Shown: piece by piece, positions 26,880-36,450 of the stretch
How the letters are laid out: every line of letters begins with the position of its first letter
How positions within the stretch are numbered: position 1 is the stretch's first letter
Source of the DNA: Desulfomicrobium sp.
Lineage (GTDB): Bacteria; Desulfobacterota; Desulfovibrionia; Desulfovibrionales; Desulfomicrobiaceae
Assembly (NCBI GenBank): GCA_041690155.1
Contig: JAWLHW010000002.1
Coordinates: 2,996-66,995, forward strand
Reading direction: 5' to 3'
Length of the DNA stretch: 64,000 nucleotides
Notes under the pieces: model-generated
Told to the model about the DNA's origin: nothing
The model's input: only the letters and a program-made list of their open reading frames with translations
Databases searched by the model: none
Program-made: the position numbers and the translations under genes

Positions 26880-27901
26880 GCCTGCCTCGTCCGGTACCAA
26901 GTATCCATGAACTGGCGATAGGCGCCGCTCTGCACTTCGTCAAGCCACGTCTGGCTGGCCTTGTACCAGGCCAGGGTGCGGGCCATGCCATCCTCGAAAG
27001 AATGCTGCGGGGTCCAGCCCAGGTCCGCCGTGGAACGCGCAAAGGCCATGGCATAACGGCGGTCATGACCGGGACGGTCGGTGACATGGGTGATGAGGTC
27101 TTCGCTTTTGCCCATCAGCCGCAGTATGAGGCGCACCACCTCCAGATTCGTCCGCTCGGCGTCCCCGCCAAAATTGTAGACCGCGCCGGGCTGACCCTTG
27201 AAAAGCGTGGCCTCCACGCCCCGGCAGTGGTCCATGACGTAAATCCAGTCCCGCACGTTCTGCCCGTCGCCGTAAACAGGAATGGGCTCGCCGCGGGAAG
27301 CCTTCAAATAGACGAGGGGGATGAGTTTTTCCGGGAACTGGTAGGGACCGTAGTTGTTGGAGCAGCGGGTGACCATGACGGGCATTCCGTAGGTGTGGAA
27401 ATAGGCCCGGGCCAGCAGATCGGAGGAGGCCTTGGACGCCGAGTACGGAGAATTGGGCGCCAGGGGGGTGTCTTCGGTGAACTGACCCGTGGGCCCCAGG
27501 GTGCCGTAGACTTCGTCGGTGGAGACGTGCACGAAACGCGGGATTTCAGCCCGACTTGCAGCCTCCAGCAGATTCTGCGTGCCCAGCACGTTGGTCGTGA
27601 CAAAGGGGAATGGGTCGCTTATGGAGCGGTCCACATGCGACTCGGCCGCAAAATTGAGTACCGCATCAAAAGTAAAACGCTTCATAAGCTCCGGCACGAG
27701 CTCCTGGTCGCAGATGTCGCCGTGCACGAAATGATAGCGGCGACCCATGTGCAGCGCCTCCTCTTCGGCCAGATTTCGGCGATTGCCCGCATAGGTCAGC
27801 TTGTCGAGGTTGACAATGACCACATCCTCGTGGGTGGCAAGCATGTGCTGGATGAAATTGGAGCCGATGAAGCCGCAGCCTCCGGTGACAAGCAAATGCA
27901 T
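26876..27901 (-). CDS. rfbB: dTDP-glucose 4,6-dehydratase
   Basis: VTGGCGFIGSNF, DKLTYAG, AAESHVDRSI, STDEVYG, YSASK, DRPGHDRRYA. Confidence 0.96.
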   Translation of the reverse strand: MHLLVTGGCGFIGSNFIQHMLATHEDVVIVNLDKLTYAGNRRNLAEEEALHMGRRYHFVHGDICDQELVPELMKRFTFDAVLNFAAESHVDRSISDPFPFVTTNVLGTQNLLEAASRAEIPRFVHVSTDEVYGTLGPTGQFTEDTPLAPNSPYSASKASSDLLARAYFHTYGMPVMVTRCSNNYGPYQFPEKLIPLVYLKASRGEPIPVYGDGQNVRDWIYVMDHCRGVEATLFKGQPGAVYNFGGDAERTNLEVVRLILRLMGKSEDLITHVTDRPGHDRRYAMAFARSTADLGWTPQHSFEDGMARTLAWYKASQTWLDEVQSGAYRQFMDTWYRTRQA

Positions 27902-28023
27902 GAGTTCTCCTGACTTCGCGGTCCTTGACGGAAGCGGGTTTGAAAGCCAAATGAATGACGTGCTGGCAGGGCTTCTCCGCACCGGCCGTGACAGCCCTAA
28001 AAAATACGCAAAGAGAATCAAAG

Positions 28024-28500
28024 ATGCAAATCGCCCTTTACGAGCCTGAAATTCCGCCCAACACCGGGACCATCGCCCGGCTCTGCGCCGCCTCCACCAC
28101 CCGCCTGAATCTGATCGAGCCCCTGGGTTTCAGCCTGGACGACAAATACCTCAAACGGGCCGGGCTCGACTACTGGCCCCACGTGGACAAGCGGATCTGG
28201 CCGTCCTGGCCCGCCTTTCTTGAGGGCCGCGATCCTGGGCGACTGGTTTTCACCAGCGCGCGCCAGGGTACAGCCTATCACCGGTTTTCCTTCAGGGCCG
28301 ACGACATCATCGTGCTCGGCCCGGAGACCCGGGGCCTGCCCCCGGAAATAATCCATGACGCGCAGGATCTGGTCCGCATCCCCATCTGGGGAGAAGTCAG
28401 AAGCGTCAACCTGGCCAATGCCGCGGCCGTGCTGCTTTACGAGGCCTATCGTCAGACCGGGGAACTGGACCTGCGCGAGGACCGGCCCGCTGCCCCCTAA
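28024..28500 (+). CDS. trmL: tRNA (cytidine/uridine-34-2'-O)-methyltransferase
   Basis: PEIPPNTG, LKRAGLDYW, GPETRGLP, RSVNL. Confidence 0.93.
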   Translation: MQIALYEPEIPPNTGTIARLCAASTTRLNLIEPLGFSLDDKYLKRAGLDYWPHVDKRIWPSWPAFLEGRDPGRLVFTSARQGTAYHRFSFRADDIIVLGPETRGLPPEIIHDAQDLVRIPIWGEVRSVNLANAAAVLLYEAYRQTGELDLREDRPAAP

Positions 28501-28515
28501 CCTACGGAGACGCGC

Positions 28516-29487
28516 ATGTCCGACTCGCTCTACAGTCTGCCGCTGAACCTGTCACTGCTTGTCTTTCTGCTGGGCTGCGTAGCCCTGGACCTGCTCTTTG
28601 GCGATCCCCGCGACTGGCCGCACCCCGTGCGGCTCATCGGCAAGATGCTTGAACGCCTTGAAGACTGGGCAAAATCCTTTTTCCTGGGACCGCGCGCAGG
28701 CGGGGCCCTCGGCGTCGCCGCCGTGGCCACGGGAAGCGCGGCCGTGGTCCTTCTGCTGACCGGCCTGCCCCTGGTGGGAGAGATCCTGGCCCTGTATCTT
28801 GGCTATGCGGGCCTGGCCCTGGGCTGTCTGCTGCGGGAAACAAACACCGTACTGGCCCTGCTCGAAGGCGGGCGGCTGGCGGCGGCCCGCGCGCATCTGG
28901 CCGGACTGGTCAGCAGGGACACGGAAGACATGACCGAAGACGAAGTCTGCCGCGCCCTGGGCGAAACCCTGGCCGAAAACTTCAATGACGGCTTCGTGGC
29001 TCCCCTCTTCTGGCTCTGTCTCCTGGGCCCCGCTGCGCTGTGGGCGTACAAGGCCGTGAGCACCGTGGACTCCATGTGGGGTTACCGCACGGAGCGTTTC
29101 GAAGAACTCGGCAAGGCCGGGGCGCGGGCCGACGACATCCTGGCCTGGCTGCCTGCACGGCTGGCCGCGATCTCCATCTGGGCCACGGGCTGGCTGCTGC
29201 TGCGCCCCGCCGCCTGGGAACGCATCTCGCGCGATGCCCGGAGCATGGCCAGCCCCAACGCGGGCTGGCCCATGAGCGCCGCTGCCCACGTGGCAGGGGT
29301 AAGCATGGGTGGCCCGACCCGCTATTTCGGGGAGATCAAGGACAAGCCGTTCCTCGGGCCGCTCGGTGTAGCCTGGTCCCCCCAGCGCATTCGCGGCATG
29401 CTGCGCACGCTGCTGCTGGCCGCCCTGCTGTGTACCGTGGTCCTGACCATCGCGGGAAGCTGTTTAAGCTGGTGGAGCCTCGGCTGA
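28516..29487 (+). CDS. cbiB: Adenosylcobinamide-phosphate synthase CbiB/CobD
   Basis: GDP...PHPV, VSRDT, ENFNDGFVAPLFW, STVDSMWGY, SPNAGWP. Confidence 0.93.
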   Translation: MSDSLYSLPLNLSLLVFLLGCVALDLLFGDPRDWPHPVRLIGKMLERLEDWAKSFFLGPRAGGALGVAAVATGSAAVVLLLTGLPLVGEILALYLGYAGLALGCLLRETNTVLALLEGGRLAAARAHLAGLVSRDTEDMTEDEVCRALGETLAENFNDGFVAPLFWLCLLGPAALWAYKAVSTVDSMWGYRTERFEELGKAGARADDILAWLPARLAAISIWATGWLLLRPAAWERISRDARSMASPNAGWPMSAAAHVAGVSMGGPTRYFGEIKDKPFLGPLGVAWSPQRIRGMLRTLLLAALLCTVVLTIAGSCLSWWSLG

Positions 29488-29516
29488 GGAAATCAAAACT
29501 CAGACACCAGTCACTG

Positions 29517-29552
29517 GATTTGAAATCTCAAATTTCAGATTTCAAATCTCAG
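29517..29552. repeat. 12-bp inverted repeat built from heptamer tandem repeats between convergent genes
   Basis: GATTTGAAATCT-CAAATTTC-AGATTTCAAATC, also readable as AAATCTC AAATTTC AGATTTC AAATCTC. Confidence 0.8.
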
Positions 29553-30405
29553 GGCTCCTCGCCTCCCATCTCCCCCATGTGCCGCTGGGCAGGTCCAGAA
29601 CGTCCTGCCTGCCATGCAGAAGCATTTCCCCGCACGCCAGAGTTCCCTTTCCGAAAGTCTGCTCCAGCAGGTTCCTGAGCACGATGGGCGAAAAACCCGG
29701 CGTGTGCGAGGTCAGGATAACGAAAAGCGGGGTCTCGCTTAAAACCTGGCGAACCAGGTCCAGGGTTTCCTGCACGTTCTTTTCGACCTTGTAGAGTTCT
29801 CCGCGCTTGCCCCGCCCGAAAGACGGCGGGTCGAGCAGCACGCAGTCGTATTTTCGCCCGCGGCGCACCTCCCGCTTCAAGAACGCGCTCACGTCGTCAA
29901 CGATAAAGCGGGTTCCCGAATCCTCAAGCCCGTTCAGTGCAGCGTTGCCGCGTGCCCATTCGACCATGCCCTTTGATGCATCAAGATGGCAGCACTGCGC
30001 TCCGGCCAGGGCCGCCGCCAGGGTCGCGCCCCCGGAATAGGCGAAGAGGTTCAAAAAACTCGGAGCCTCTTTGCGCTCAGCCGCGCCCTGCTGCACGGCG
30101 GCGGCGATCCATTCCCACAGATCGAGCGTCTCCGGAAAGATGCCCAGGTGCCCGAAATCCGTGGTCGAAAGACGCATGCGCACTCCGCGCACGGTCACGA
30201 TCCATTCCTCGGGCAGACGCTCCCGGCCATGCCAGTTGAGCCCGTCCTTGCGGTCGAAGGTGGCACTGGCAGATTCCCAGAGCTCGGGCTGCGAGGGTTC
30301 CCATACGGCCTGGGCGCAGGGACGGGCCAGAATGACGGAACCGAATCGTTCCAGTTTTTGTCCGTTGCCGCTGTCGAGAAGTTCGTAATCGTCCTGTATC
30401 TGCAT
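29542..30405 (-). CDS. Class I SAM-dependent methyltransferase (RlmI/RlmK-like)
   Basis: [38 protein letters not shown]; GGAG RBS. Confidence 0.88.
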   Translation of the reverse strand: MQIQDDYELLDSGNGQKLERFGSVILARPCAQAVWEPSQPELWESASATFDRKDGLNWHGRERLPEEWIVTVRGVRMRLSTTDFGHLGIFPETLDLWEWIAAAVQQGAAERKEAPSFLNLFAYSGGATLAAALAGAQCCHLDASKGMVEWARGNAALNGLEDSGTRFIVDDVSAFLKREVRRGRKYDCVLLDPPSFGRGKRGELYKVEKNVQETLDLVRQVLSETPLFVILTSHTPGFSPIVLRNLLEQTFGKGTLACGEMLLHGRQDVLDLPSGTWGRWEARSPEI

Positions 30406-30466
30406 GGATGCTCCATAAGCGAAAAAACCCTTCCGGGCGGGTGCCTGAAAGGGTTTGTGCGGTCGG

Positions 30467-30542
30467 TGGTGGGCGATACAGGATTTGAACCTGTGACTTC
30501 CACCGTGTGAAGGTGGCACTCTCACCGCTGAGTTAATCGCCC
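30467..30542 (-). tRNA. tRNA-Val (anticodon CAC)
   Basis: GGGCGATTAACTCAGCGGTGAGAGTGCCACCTTCACACGGTGGAAGTCACAGGTTCAAATCCTGTATCGCCCACCA: 76-nt cloverleaf with encoded CCA. TTGACA lies upstream (30576-30581) and a hairpin plus U-tract downstream. Confidence 0.97.
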
Positions 30543-30610
30543 GAGGAGTTGCGTTTAGCCCCGCCCCCCGTGTCATGTCAAGATATTACCGCTGGCTGAT
30601 CCGGCCGGGA

Positions 30611-31141
30611 TCACAGATTTTTCTGCAGCTCCAGAAAGGCGTGCCTTCCAGGGCCGAAAAAGCGGTCGCCGCTCATCCCGGTGACGTGCATGAAACCGAG
30701 CCTGATCCAGAACCGCAGGCCGTTCCAGTTCTTGAGCCCCACTCCCACCCGCACGCGAGTCATGGGCCCAGCGCGCAACATGGTTTCCAGGCTCAGATAG
30801 GCCTCCCGGCCCAGGCCGATGCCCTGAAATTCGACACTCAGGAAAAGTTCCCCGACATAGGCGACGTCGCCCTTGGGGTAGCCGGTGTAAAGACTCATGA
30901 GCCCGATGACATCGCTGGCCATGGGTTCGCGCAGAATGAGGTTATGCAGGGAGGACGGGCACCCTCGCGGCGGCAGGTTCTGATGCTCGACAAAGCGGCG
31001 GGCCAGGACCGGCGGATCGTTTTCGCGGTCCAGGAGCAGCAGCAGATCACTGTTCCCGGCATAAACAGACTCGATTTCCGGGAGCTCGGCCCCGGTCACG
31101 GGCTGGGCAAGAATGCGTGCGCTGCGGAATGAATACGGCAT
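30611..31141 (-). CDS. GNAT family N-acetyltransferase
   Basis: YVGELFL..EFQGIGLG (motif A) and N..GLRFWIRLGF. Start uncertain because the ATG directly follows a terminator U-tract. Confidence 0.8.
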   Translation of the reverse strand: MPYSFRSARILAQPVTGAELPEIESVYAGNSDLLLLLDRENDPPVLARRFVEHQNLPPRGCPSSLHNLILREPMASDVIGLMSLYTGYPKGDVAYVGELFLSVEFQGIGLGREAYLSLETMLRAGPMTRVRVGVGLKNWNGLRFWIRLGFMHVTGMSGDRFFGPGRHAFLELQKNL

Positions 31142-31164
31142 AAAAAAGGCGGCTCGTGGCCGCC

Positions 31165-31956
31165 CTAATCTGCAAGTTCTTTGCTGCGTTTGGCGGCGGC
31201 CAGAACCGCCTGGCCAAGCGCAAATTTGAAGCGGTGCTCGTCCAGGGCGTTAAGTCCCGCGATGGTCGTCCCGCCGGGCGAAGTGACCATTTCCTTTAAA
31301 AGTGTCGGATGGGCGCCCTCGGCCTCGGCCATGAGCGCCGACCCCGAGACCAGTCCCGCGACCATGCTGGTGGCTTGGGCCCGGGTCAGCCCGAGGGTTA
31401 CGCCGGCGTCGATGAGCCCTTCCATGAAGGCATATACGTAGGCGGGCCCGGAACCGATAAGGCCCGTATAGGCGTCAAAGAGCTTCTCCGGCAGCACATG
31501 GGCCTGACCGATGGAGGAAAAAACGTCCAGCAGGGTCTGTCTGCGGCTCTCATCCAGGAGTTCGTGGTCAAAGCACAGCGCATACACCCCCTTGCCGACC
31601 ATGGCCGGAGTGTTGGGCATGACGCGGACCACGGGGCATTTCTCCCCGGACCATTCAACCAACTGGCCCAAGGTGACGCCGGCAGCGATGGAGACAAGAC
31701 AGGTTTCGGGTCCAAGGGCTGAGGCCAAGCCCGTCAGCACCGGGCGCATGACCTGCGGCTTGACGGCCAGCAGAACATAGTCCGAATGCGTGACCAGCTC
31801 CTGGACAGTCGGATGAATGGTCATGATGTCCGCATTCTTGCGACACATGCCCTCATTGGGATCAAATCCGTGCAGGGCGTACGCGCCGCCCGAGGCCAAC
31901 CCGCGCGCGATGGCTCCGCCCATGTTCCCAAGCCCGATGAACCCGAATCTTTTCAT
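31165..31956 (-). CDS. proC: Pyrroline-5-carboxylate reductase
   Basis: GFIGLGNMG, LAVKPQ, RVMPNTP, GSGPAY, VTSPGGTT. Confidence 0.96.
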   Translation of the reverse strand: MKRFGFIGLGNMGGAIARGLASGGAYALHGFDPNEGMCRKNADIMTIHPTVQELVTHSDYVLLAVKPQVMRPVLTGLASALGPETCLVSIAAGVTLGQLVEWSGEKCPVVRVMPNTPAMVGKGVYALCFDHELLDESRRQTLLDVFSSIGQAHVLPEKLFDAYTGLIGSGPAYVYAFMEGLIDAGVTLGLTRAQATSMVAGLVSGSALMAEAEGAHPTLLKEMVTSPGGTTIAGLNALDEHRFKFALGQAVLAAAKRSKELAD

Positions 31957-32372
31957 TATCCCACCAACTCCAGTGCGTTGAAGAAGTATGCGATTTCGAT
32001 CGCCGCGGTATCCTGACCATCAGAACCGTGGCAGGAGTTCTTTTCGATGTCCAGCGCGTATTTCTTGCGGATGGTGCCTTCGGCGGCGTTGTCCTTGTTG
32101 GTCGCGCCCATCAGGTCGCGGTATTTCTGCACCGCGTTTTCGCCTTCCAGGCACATGACCACGCAGGGGCCGGAGCACATGTACTCGACAAGGCTGCCGA
32201 AAAAGGGCCGCTCGCTGTGCACGGCGTAGAAGCCTTCGGCCTGGGACTTGGTCAACTGGATCATTTTCATGCCCACGATACGCAATCCCGCGCTCTGGAT
32301 CATGGCCATGATTTCACCCTGCAGGTTGCGGGCGACGGCGTCGGGCTTGATGATTGAAAATGTACGTTCCAT
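31956..32372 (-). CDS. ndk: Nucleoside diphosphate kinase
   Basis: [30 protein letters not shown]. Confidence 0.97.
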   Translation of the reverse strand: MERTFSIIKPDAVARNLQGEIMAMIQSAGLRIVGMKMIQLTKSQAEGFYAVHSERPFFGSLVEYMCSGPCVVMCLEGENAVQKYRDLMGATNKDNAAEGTIRKKYALDIEKNSCHGSDGQDTAAIEIAYFFNALELVG

Positions 32373-32561
32373 AAATACTCCTGTAAAAGATTTTGGGGCC
32401 TCGTATCCTCTGCATGTGGAAAACTCAAGACTCCCCCAGAAAAAGCCGGTTTGTTTGATTATTCAATTCGTATTTTAATTTCGTAACTGAAAATGTATTG
32501 TTCTCTTGCGCCGTTGTCGTGTATGGCTTTCGCGAACTCTAGACATGACAGGAGGAAAATC

Positions 32562-33122
32562 ATGAGCAAAAAACGCCTCTATGAAATTATTTACGAAGTC
32601 AGCCGGACTGTTAACTCAAGCCTTGACCCGATCGAGGTTTTAAGTCGGATCGCGGAGCAGGTAACCCGGGCCATGGGCGTCAAGGGATGCTTCATCCGGC
32701 TCCTTGACCGCAGCGGCAAGGTCCTGAAACCGGCGGCCTATTTTGGCCTCAGCGAACGCTATGCCCAAAAAGGCGTGGTCGAGGTGGCCAAGAGCGGCCT
32801 GGACCGCGAAGCGTTTACCGGCAAGGTGGTCCAGATTGCCGATGCGGGCTCCGACCCGCGCTTTCAGTACGGCGGCGAAGCAACCAAGGAAGGGCTGGTG
32901 TCCGTACTGGTGGCCCCGCTGTTCGTGGAAGGCAGCCGCCCCATCGGGGTGCTCAGGGTCTATACCGGAGAGCGCCGCGAGTTTGATGAAGAAGAGATCG
33001 GCTTTCTGCAGGCCATCGCCAACATTTCGGCCATCGCCATCGAGAACGCGCGCATGCACCAGACCTTGAAGCGCCAGATGGAACTTATAAACGCCTACGA
33101 CTACCAGGTTTTTGAAGACTAG
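32562..33122 (+). CDS. Stand-alone GAF domain protein
   Basis: DPRFQY...[11 protein letters not shown]...IGVLRVY...AIAIENAR with no output domain; AGGAGG RBS. Confidence 0.85.
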   Translation: MSKKRLYEIIYEVSRTVNSSLDPIEVLSRIAEQVTRAMGVKGCFIRLLDRSGKVLKPAAYFGLSERYAQKGVVEVAKSGLDREAFTGKVVQIADAGSDPRFQYGGEATKEGLVSVLVAPLFVEGSRPIGVLRVYTGERREFDEEEIGFLQAIANISAIAIENARMHQTLKRQMELINAYDYQVFED

Positions 33123-33132
33123 GGAGCATCTT

Positions 33133-34152
33133 ATGGAAAAAACACGAATTGGAATAAACGGCTTTGGACGTATTGGCCGACAGGTGCTCAAGACCATCTG
33201 GCAACGTCACCGCGACACTCTGGAAGTTGTGGCCATCAACGATCTCTTTGACACCCAGACCAACGCCCACCTGCTCCGGCACGATACCTCCTACGGACAT
33301 TTCGCGCCCACGGTTGAGGCCGATGCCGACACCATCCGGGTCGGCGGCGAATGGGAAGTGAAGAGCTTCTCCCAGCGCGACCCCAAACTCATCCCCTGGA
33401 AGTCCTGCGGGGTGGACATCGTCATCGAATCAACGGGCATCTTCCGCACCGGGCCCACTGCAGGGCAGCACCTGGAAAGCGGGGCCAAGAAGGTCATCAT
33501 CACCGCGCCGTCAAAAGACGAAGACCTGACCGTGGTCATCGGCGTGAACGAAGACAAGTACGACCCGGCCATCCATCACATCGTTTCCAACGCCTCCTGC
33601 ACGACCAACTGCCTGGCTCCGGCGGTCAAGGTCATGCACGCCAAGTTCGGCGTGGCCAAGGGAGTGCTGACCACGGTCCACGCCTACACCAACGACCAGC
33701 GCATCCTCGATCTTCCGCACAAGGATCTGCGCCGGGCCAGGGCCGCCGCCTGCAACATGATCCCGACCTCCACGGGCGCAGCCAAGGCCGTGGCCAAGGT
33801 CATTCCCGAGATGGCCGGACGCTTTGACGGCTATTCGGTGCGCGTGCCCGTGCCTGCGGTTTCCCTGGTGGACTTCGTGGCCGTGCTCGAACGCGACACG
33901 ACGGCCGAGGAGCTTAAAGCCGCGTTCAAGGAAGCCGCCGCTGGCGAACTCAAGGGCATACTGGGTTACGGCGAAGAGGCCCTGGTCTCCTCGGACTTCA
34001 TAGCAGACCCGCATTCGGGTGTGGTGGATGCGGATTTCACCACGGTCCAGGCCGGAAACCTGGCCAAGGTGCTGATCTGGTACGACAACGAATGGGGCTA
34101 TTCCTGCCGCGTGGCCGACCTGGCCCATCTCATGGCGCAAAAGGGTCTTTGA
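33133..34152 (+). CDS. gap: Type I glyceraldehyde-3-phosphate dehydrogenase
   Basis: [37 protein letters not shown]. Confidence 0.97.
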   Translation: MEKTRIGINGFGRIGRQVLKTIWQRHRDTLEVVAINDLFDTQTNAHLLRHDTSYGHFAPTVEADADTIRVGGEWEVKSFSQRDPKLIPWKSCGVDIVIESTGIFRTGPTAGQHLESGAKKVIITAPSKDEDLTVVIGVNEDKYDPAIHHIVSNASCTTNCLAPAVKVMHAKFGVAKGVLTTVHAYTNDQRILDLPHKDLRRARAAACNMIPTSTGAAKAVAKVIPEMAGRFDGYSVRVPVPAVSLVDFVAVLERDTTAEELKAAFKEAAAGELKGILGYGEEALVSSDFIADPHSGVVDADFTTVQAGNLAKVLIWYDNEWGYSCRVADLAHLMAQKGL

Positions 34153-34181
34153 TCCGCTTGCGGCCTCTTTTTAACCGATTG

Positions 34182-34215
34182 AAGCCTCTGCCGACATGTG
34201 CGGCAGGGGCTTTTT
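34182..34215 (+). terminator. Intrinsic terminator after gap
   Basis: AAGCCTCTGCCG-ACATGTG-CGGCAGGGGCTTTTT. Confidence 0.75.
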
Positions 34216-34396
34216 CATGCGCGCTCTTCCTGCCCGTCACTGGTTCCTGAATACGCCGACAGACTCGCCGCCTGTGGCCCCCACAGGCCCTGCAATCTAA
34301 AAAAAATACCTCCAGAGCCCTTTACAAGCAATTTTTAGGCGTTAATTTGTGCCCGATTTTTACATAATTATTTCATTTATCGCAGAGGAGACAAAA

Positions 34397-36313
34397 ATGG
34401 GTAAAATTATCGGAATAGATTTGGGTACGACCAATAGCTGCGTCTATGTCATGGAAGGCAAGGAAGCCAAATGTATCGCCAATCCCGAAGGCGGCCGTAC
34501 AACGCCGTCCATCGTTGCGTTCACTGATCAGGACCGTCTGGTAGGCGAGATCGCCAAGCGGCAGGCAGTCACGAACTCCGACAAGACCATTTTCGCGGTC
34601 AAGCGCCTCATGGGCCGCCAGATCGACGATCCCAAACTCAAAGACTGGATCGCCAAGAGCCCTTACAAGATCGTGGCCGGAGCCAACAATGACGCCTACG
34701 TTCAGATCGGCGACAAAAAGTACAGCCCGGCCGAGATTTCCGCGCTCATCCTGCAGCGCCTGAAAAAAGACGCCGAGACGTACCTGGGAGAAACCGTGAC
34801 CGAAGCGGTCATCACCGTCCCGGCCTACTTCAACGACTCCCAGCGCCAGGCCACCAAGGACGCAGGCCGCATCGCAGGGCTTGATGTAAAACGCATCATC
34901 AACGAACCCACTGCCGCTTCCCTGGCCTACGGTTCCGACAAGAAGGCCAACGAAAAAATCGCCGTGTTCGACCTCGGCGGCGGCACCTTCGACATCTCCA
35001 TCCTCGAAGTGGGAGACAACGTCGTTGAAGTGCGCGCCACCAACGGCGACACGTTCCTGGGCGGCGAAGATTTTGACCACGAGATCATCACCTACCTGGT
35101 GGCAGAGTTCAAAAAGGAAAACGGCATCGACCTTTCCAAGGACAAGATGGCCCTGCAGCGCCTGAAGGAAGCCGCCGAAAAGGCCAAGAAGGACCTGTCC
35201 TCCTCCACGGAGACGGACATCAACCTGCCCTTCATCACGGCTGACCAGAATGGTCCCAAGCACATGACCATGAAGCTGTCCCGCGCCAAGCTGGAATCCC
35301 TGTGCGAGGCGCTGGTGAACCGCACCATCGAGCCCTGTCGCAAGGCCCTGGCCGACGCGGGCCTCAAGACCAGCGACATCAACGAAGTCATCCTGGTCGG
35401 CGGCATGACCCGTATGCCTCTGGTGCAAAAGAAGGTCGGCGAATTCTTCGGCAAGGAACCCAACCGCAGTGTGAACCCCGATGAAGTCGTGGCCATGGGC
35501 GCGGCCATCCAGGGCGGCATCCTGGCCGGCGACGTGAAGGACGTGCTGCTCCTCGACGTGACCCCGCTGTCGCTGGGCATCGAAACCCTGGGCGGCGTGT
35601 TCACCAAGCTCATTGATCGCAACACGACCATCCCGACCCGCAAGAGCAACACCTTCACCACGGCCGCCGACAACCAGCCGTCCGTGTCCATTCACGTGCT
35701 GCAGGGCGAGCGCCCCATGTGTTCCGACAACATGACGCTTGGCCGCTTCGAATTGACCGGCATCCCGGCCGCGCCCCGCGGTGTGCCGCAGGTCGAGGTC
35801 ACCTTTGACATCGACGCCAACGGCATCGTCAACGTTTCGGCCAAGGATCTGGGCACGGGCAAGGAGCAGTCCATCCGCATCACGGCATCGAGCGGCCTGA
35901 GCGACACGGACATCGAGCGTCTGGTCAAGGAAGCAGAAGCCAACGCCGAAGAAGACAAGAAGAAGCAGAAGCTCATCGAGGTCCGCAACAGCGCCGACAC
36001 TCTCATCTATACCACGGAGAAATCCATCCGTGATCTGGGTGAAAACATCGATGCAGCCATGAAGGCCGATATCGAAGGCAAGGCTGAAGCCCTCAAGAGC
36101 GTCCTGCAGAGCGATGACACCGAAGCCATCCAGAAGTCCATGGACGAGCTGGCCCAGGCCTCGCACAAGCTGGCTGAAAAGCTCTACGCCCAAAAGACCG
36201 ACGCCGGCGCCCATGCCGACGCCCAGGACGGACAGCAGGACGCCGGACAGGGCGGCGCCAAGACTGACGACGAAGACGTTGTTGACGCCGACTACACCGA
36301 AGTGAAAAAGTAA
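34397..36313 (+). CDS. dnaK: Chaperone DnaK (Hsp70)
   Basis: [32 protein letters not shown]-terminal VVDADYTEV; GAGGAG RBS. Confidence 0.98.
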   Translation: MGKIIGIDLGTTNSCVYVMEGKEAKCIANPEGGRTTPSIVAFTDQDRLVGEIAKRQAVTNSDKTIFAVKRLMGRQIDDPKLKDWIAKSPYKIVAGANNDAYVQIGDKKYSPAEISALILQRLKKDAETYLGETVTEAVITVPAYFNDSQRQATKDAGRIAGLDVKRIINEPTAASLAYGSDKKANEKIAVFDLGGGTFDISILEVGDNVVEVRATNGDTFLGGEDFDHEIITYLVAEFKKENGIDLSKDKMALQRLKEAAEKAKKDLSSSTETDINLPFITADQNGPKHMTMKLSRAKLESLCEALVNRTIEPCRKALADAGLKTSDINEVILVGGMTRMPLVQKKVGEFFGKEPNRSVNPDEVVAMGAAIQGGILAGDVKDVLLLDVTPLSLGIETLGGVFTKLIDRNTTIPTRKSNTFTTAADNQPSVSIHVLQGERPMCSDNMTLGRFELTGIPAAPRGVPQVEVTFDIDANGIVNVSAKDLGTGKEQSIRITASSGLSDTDIERLVKEAEANAEEDKKKQKLIEVRNSADTLIYTTEKSIRDLGENIDAAMKADIEGKAEALKSVLQSDDTEAIQKSMDELAQASHKLAEKLYAQKTDAGAHADAQDGQQDAGQGGAKTDDEDVVDADYTEVKK

Positions 36314-36336
36314 GTATCGACCACAACAAGCATTGG

Positions 36337-36367
36337 CTTGACACGGCAATTTGCCGGTCCCTATACT
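36337..36367 (+). promoter_or_regulatory. Putative promoter for the lpoA-like/gatCA operon
   Basis: TTGACA-N18-TATACT; the spacer contains the palindrome CGGCAA-T-TTGCCG. Confidence 0.55.
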
Positions 36368-36371
36368 CCAT

Positions 36372-36403
36372 GCCTGGCCCTTGACGGGGCCAGGCTTTTT
36401 TTT
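36372..36403 (+). terminator. Intrinsic terminator after dnaK
   Basis: GCCTGGCCCT-TGAC-GGGGCCAGGC followed by T8. Confidence 0.85.
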
Positions 36404-36450
36404 ATTCAACCGGGACACTCCCGTCAGACCTTTGTCAGGCTCCATATCAT

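Noticed and set aside
30406-30610. tRNA-Val as an island integration site, and the 344-aa ORF reading through it
   Set aside because: No integrase and no duplicated tRNA 3' end were seen in the window. The methyltransferase really starts at 30405.
32445-32500. AT-rich ndk/GAF intergenic region with TTGATTATTCAA and repeated TTCGTA
   Set aside because: The spacing fits no operator I can name (Fnr/Crp, Rex) and is compatible with ordinary divergent promoters.
34373-36445. 690-aa ORF antisense to dnaK
   Set aside because: This is the familiar long antisense frame of Hsp70 genes produced by codon bias. It mirrors the sense frame and has no independent motifs.
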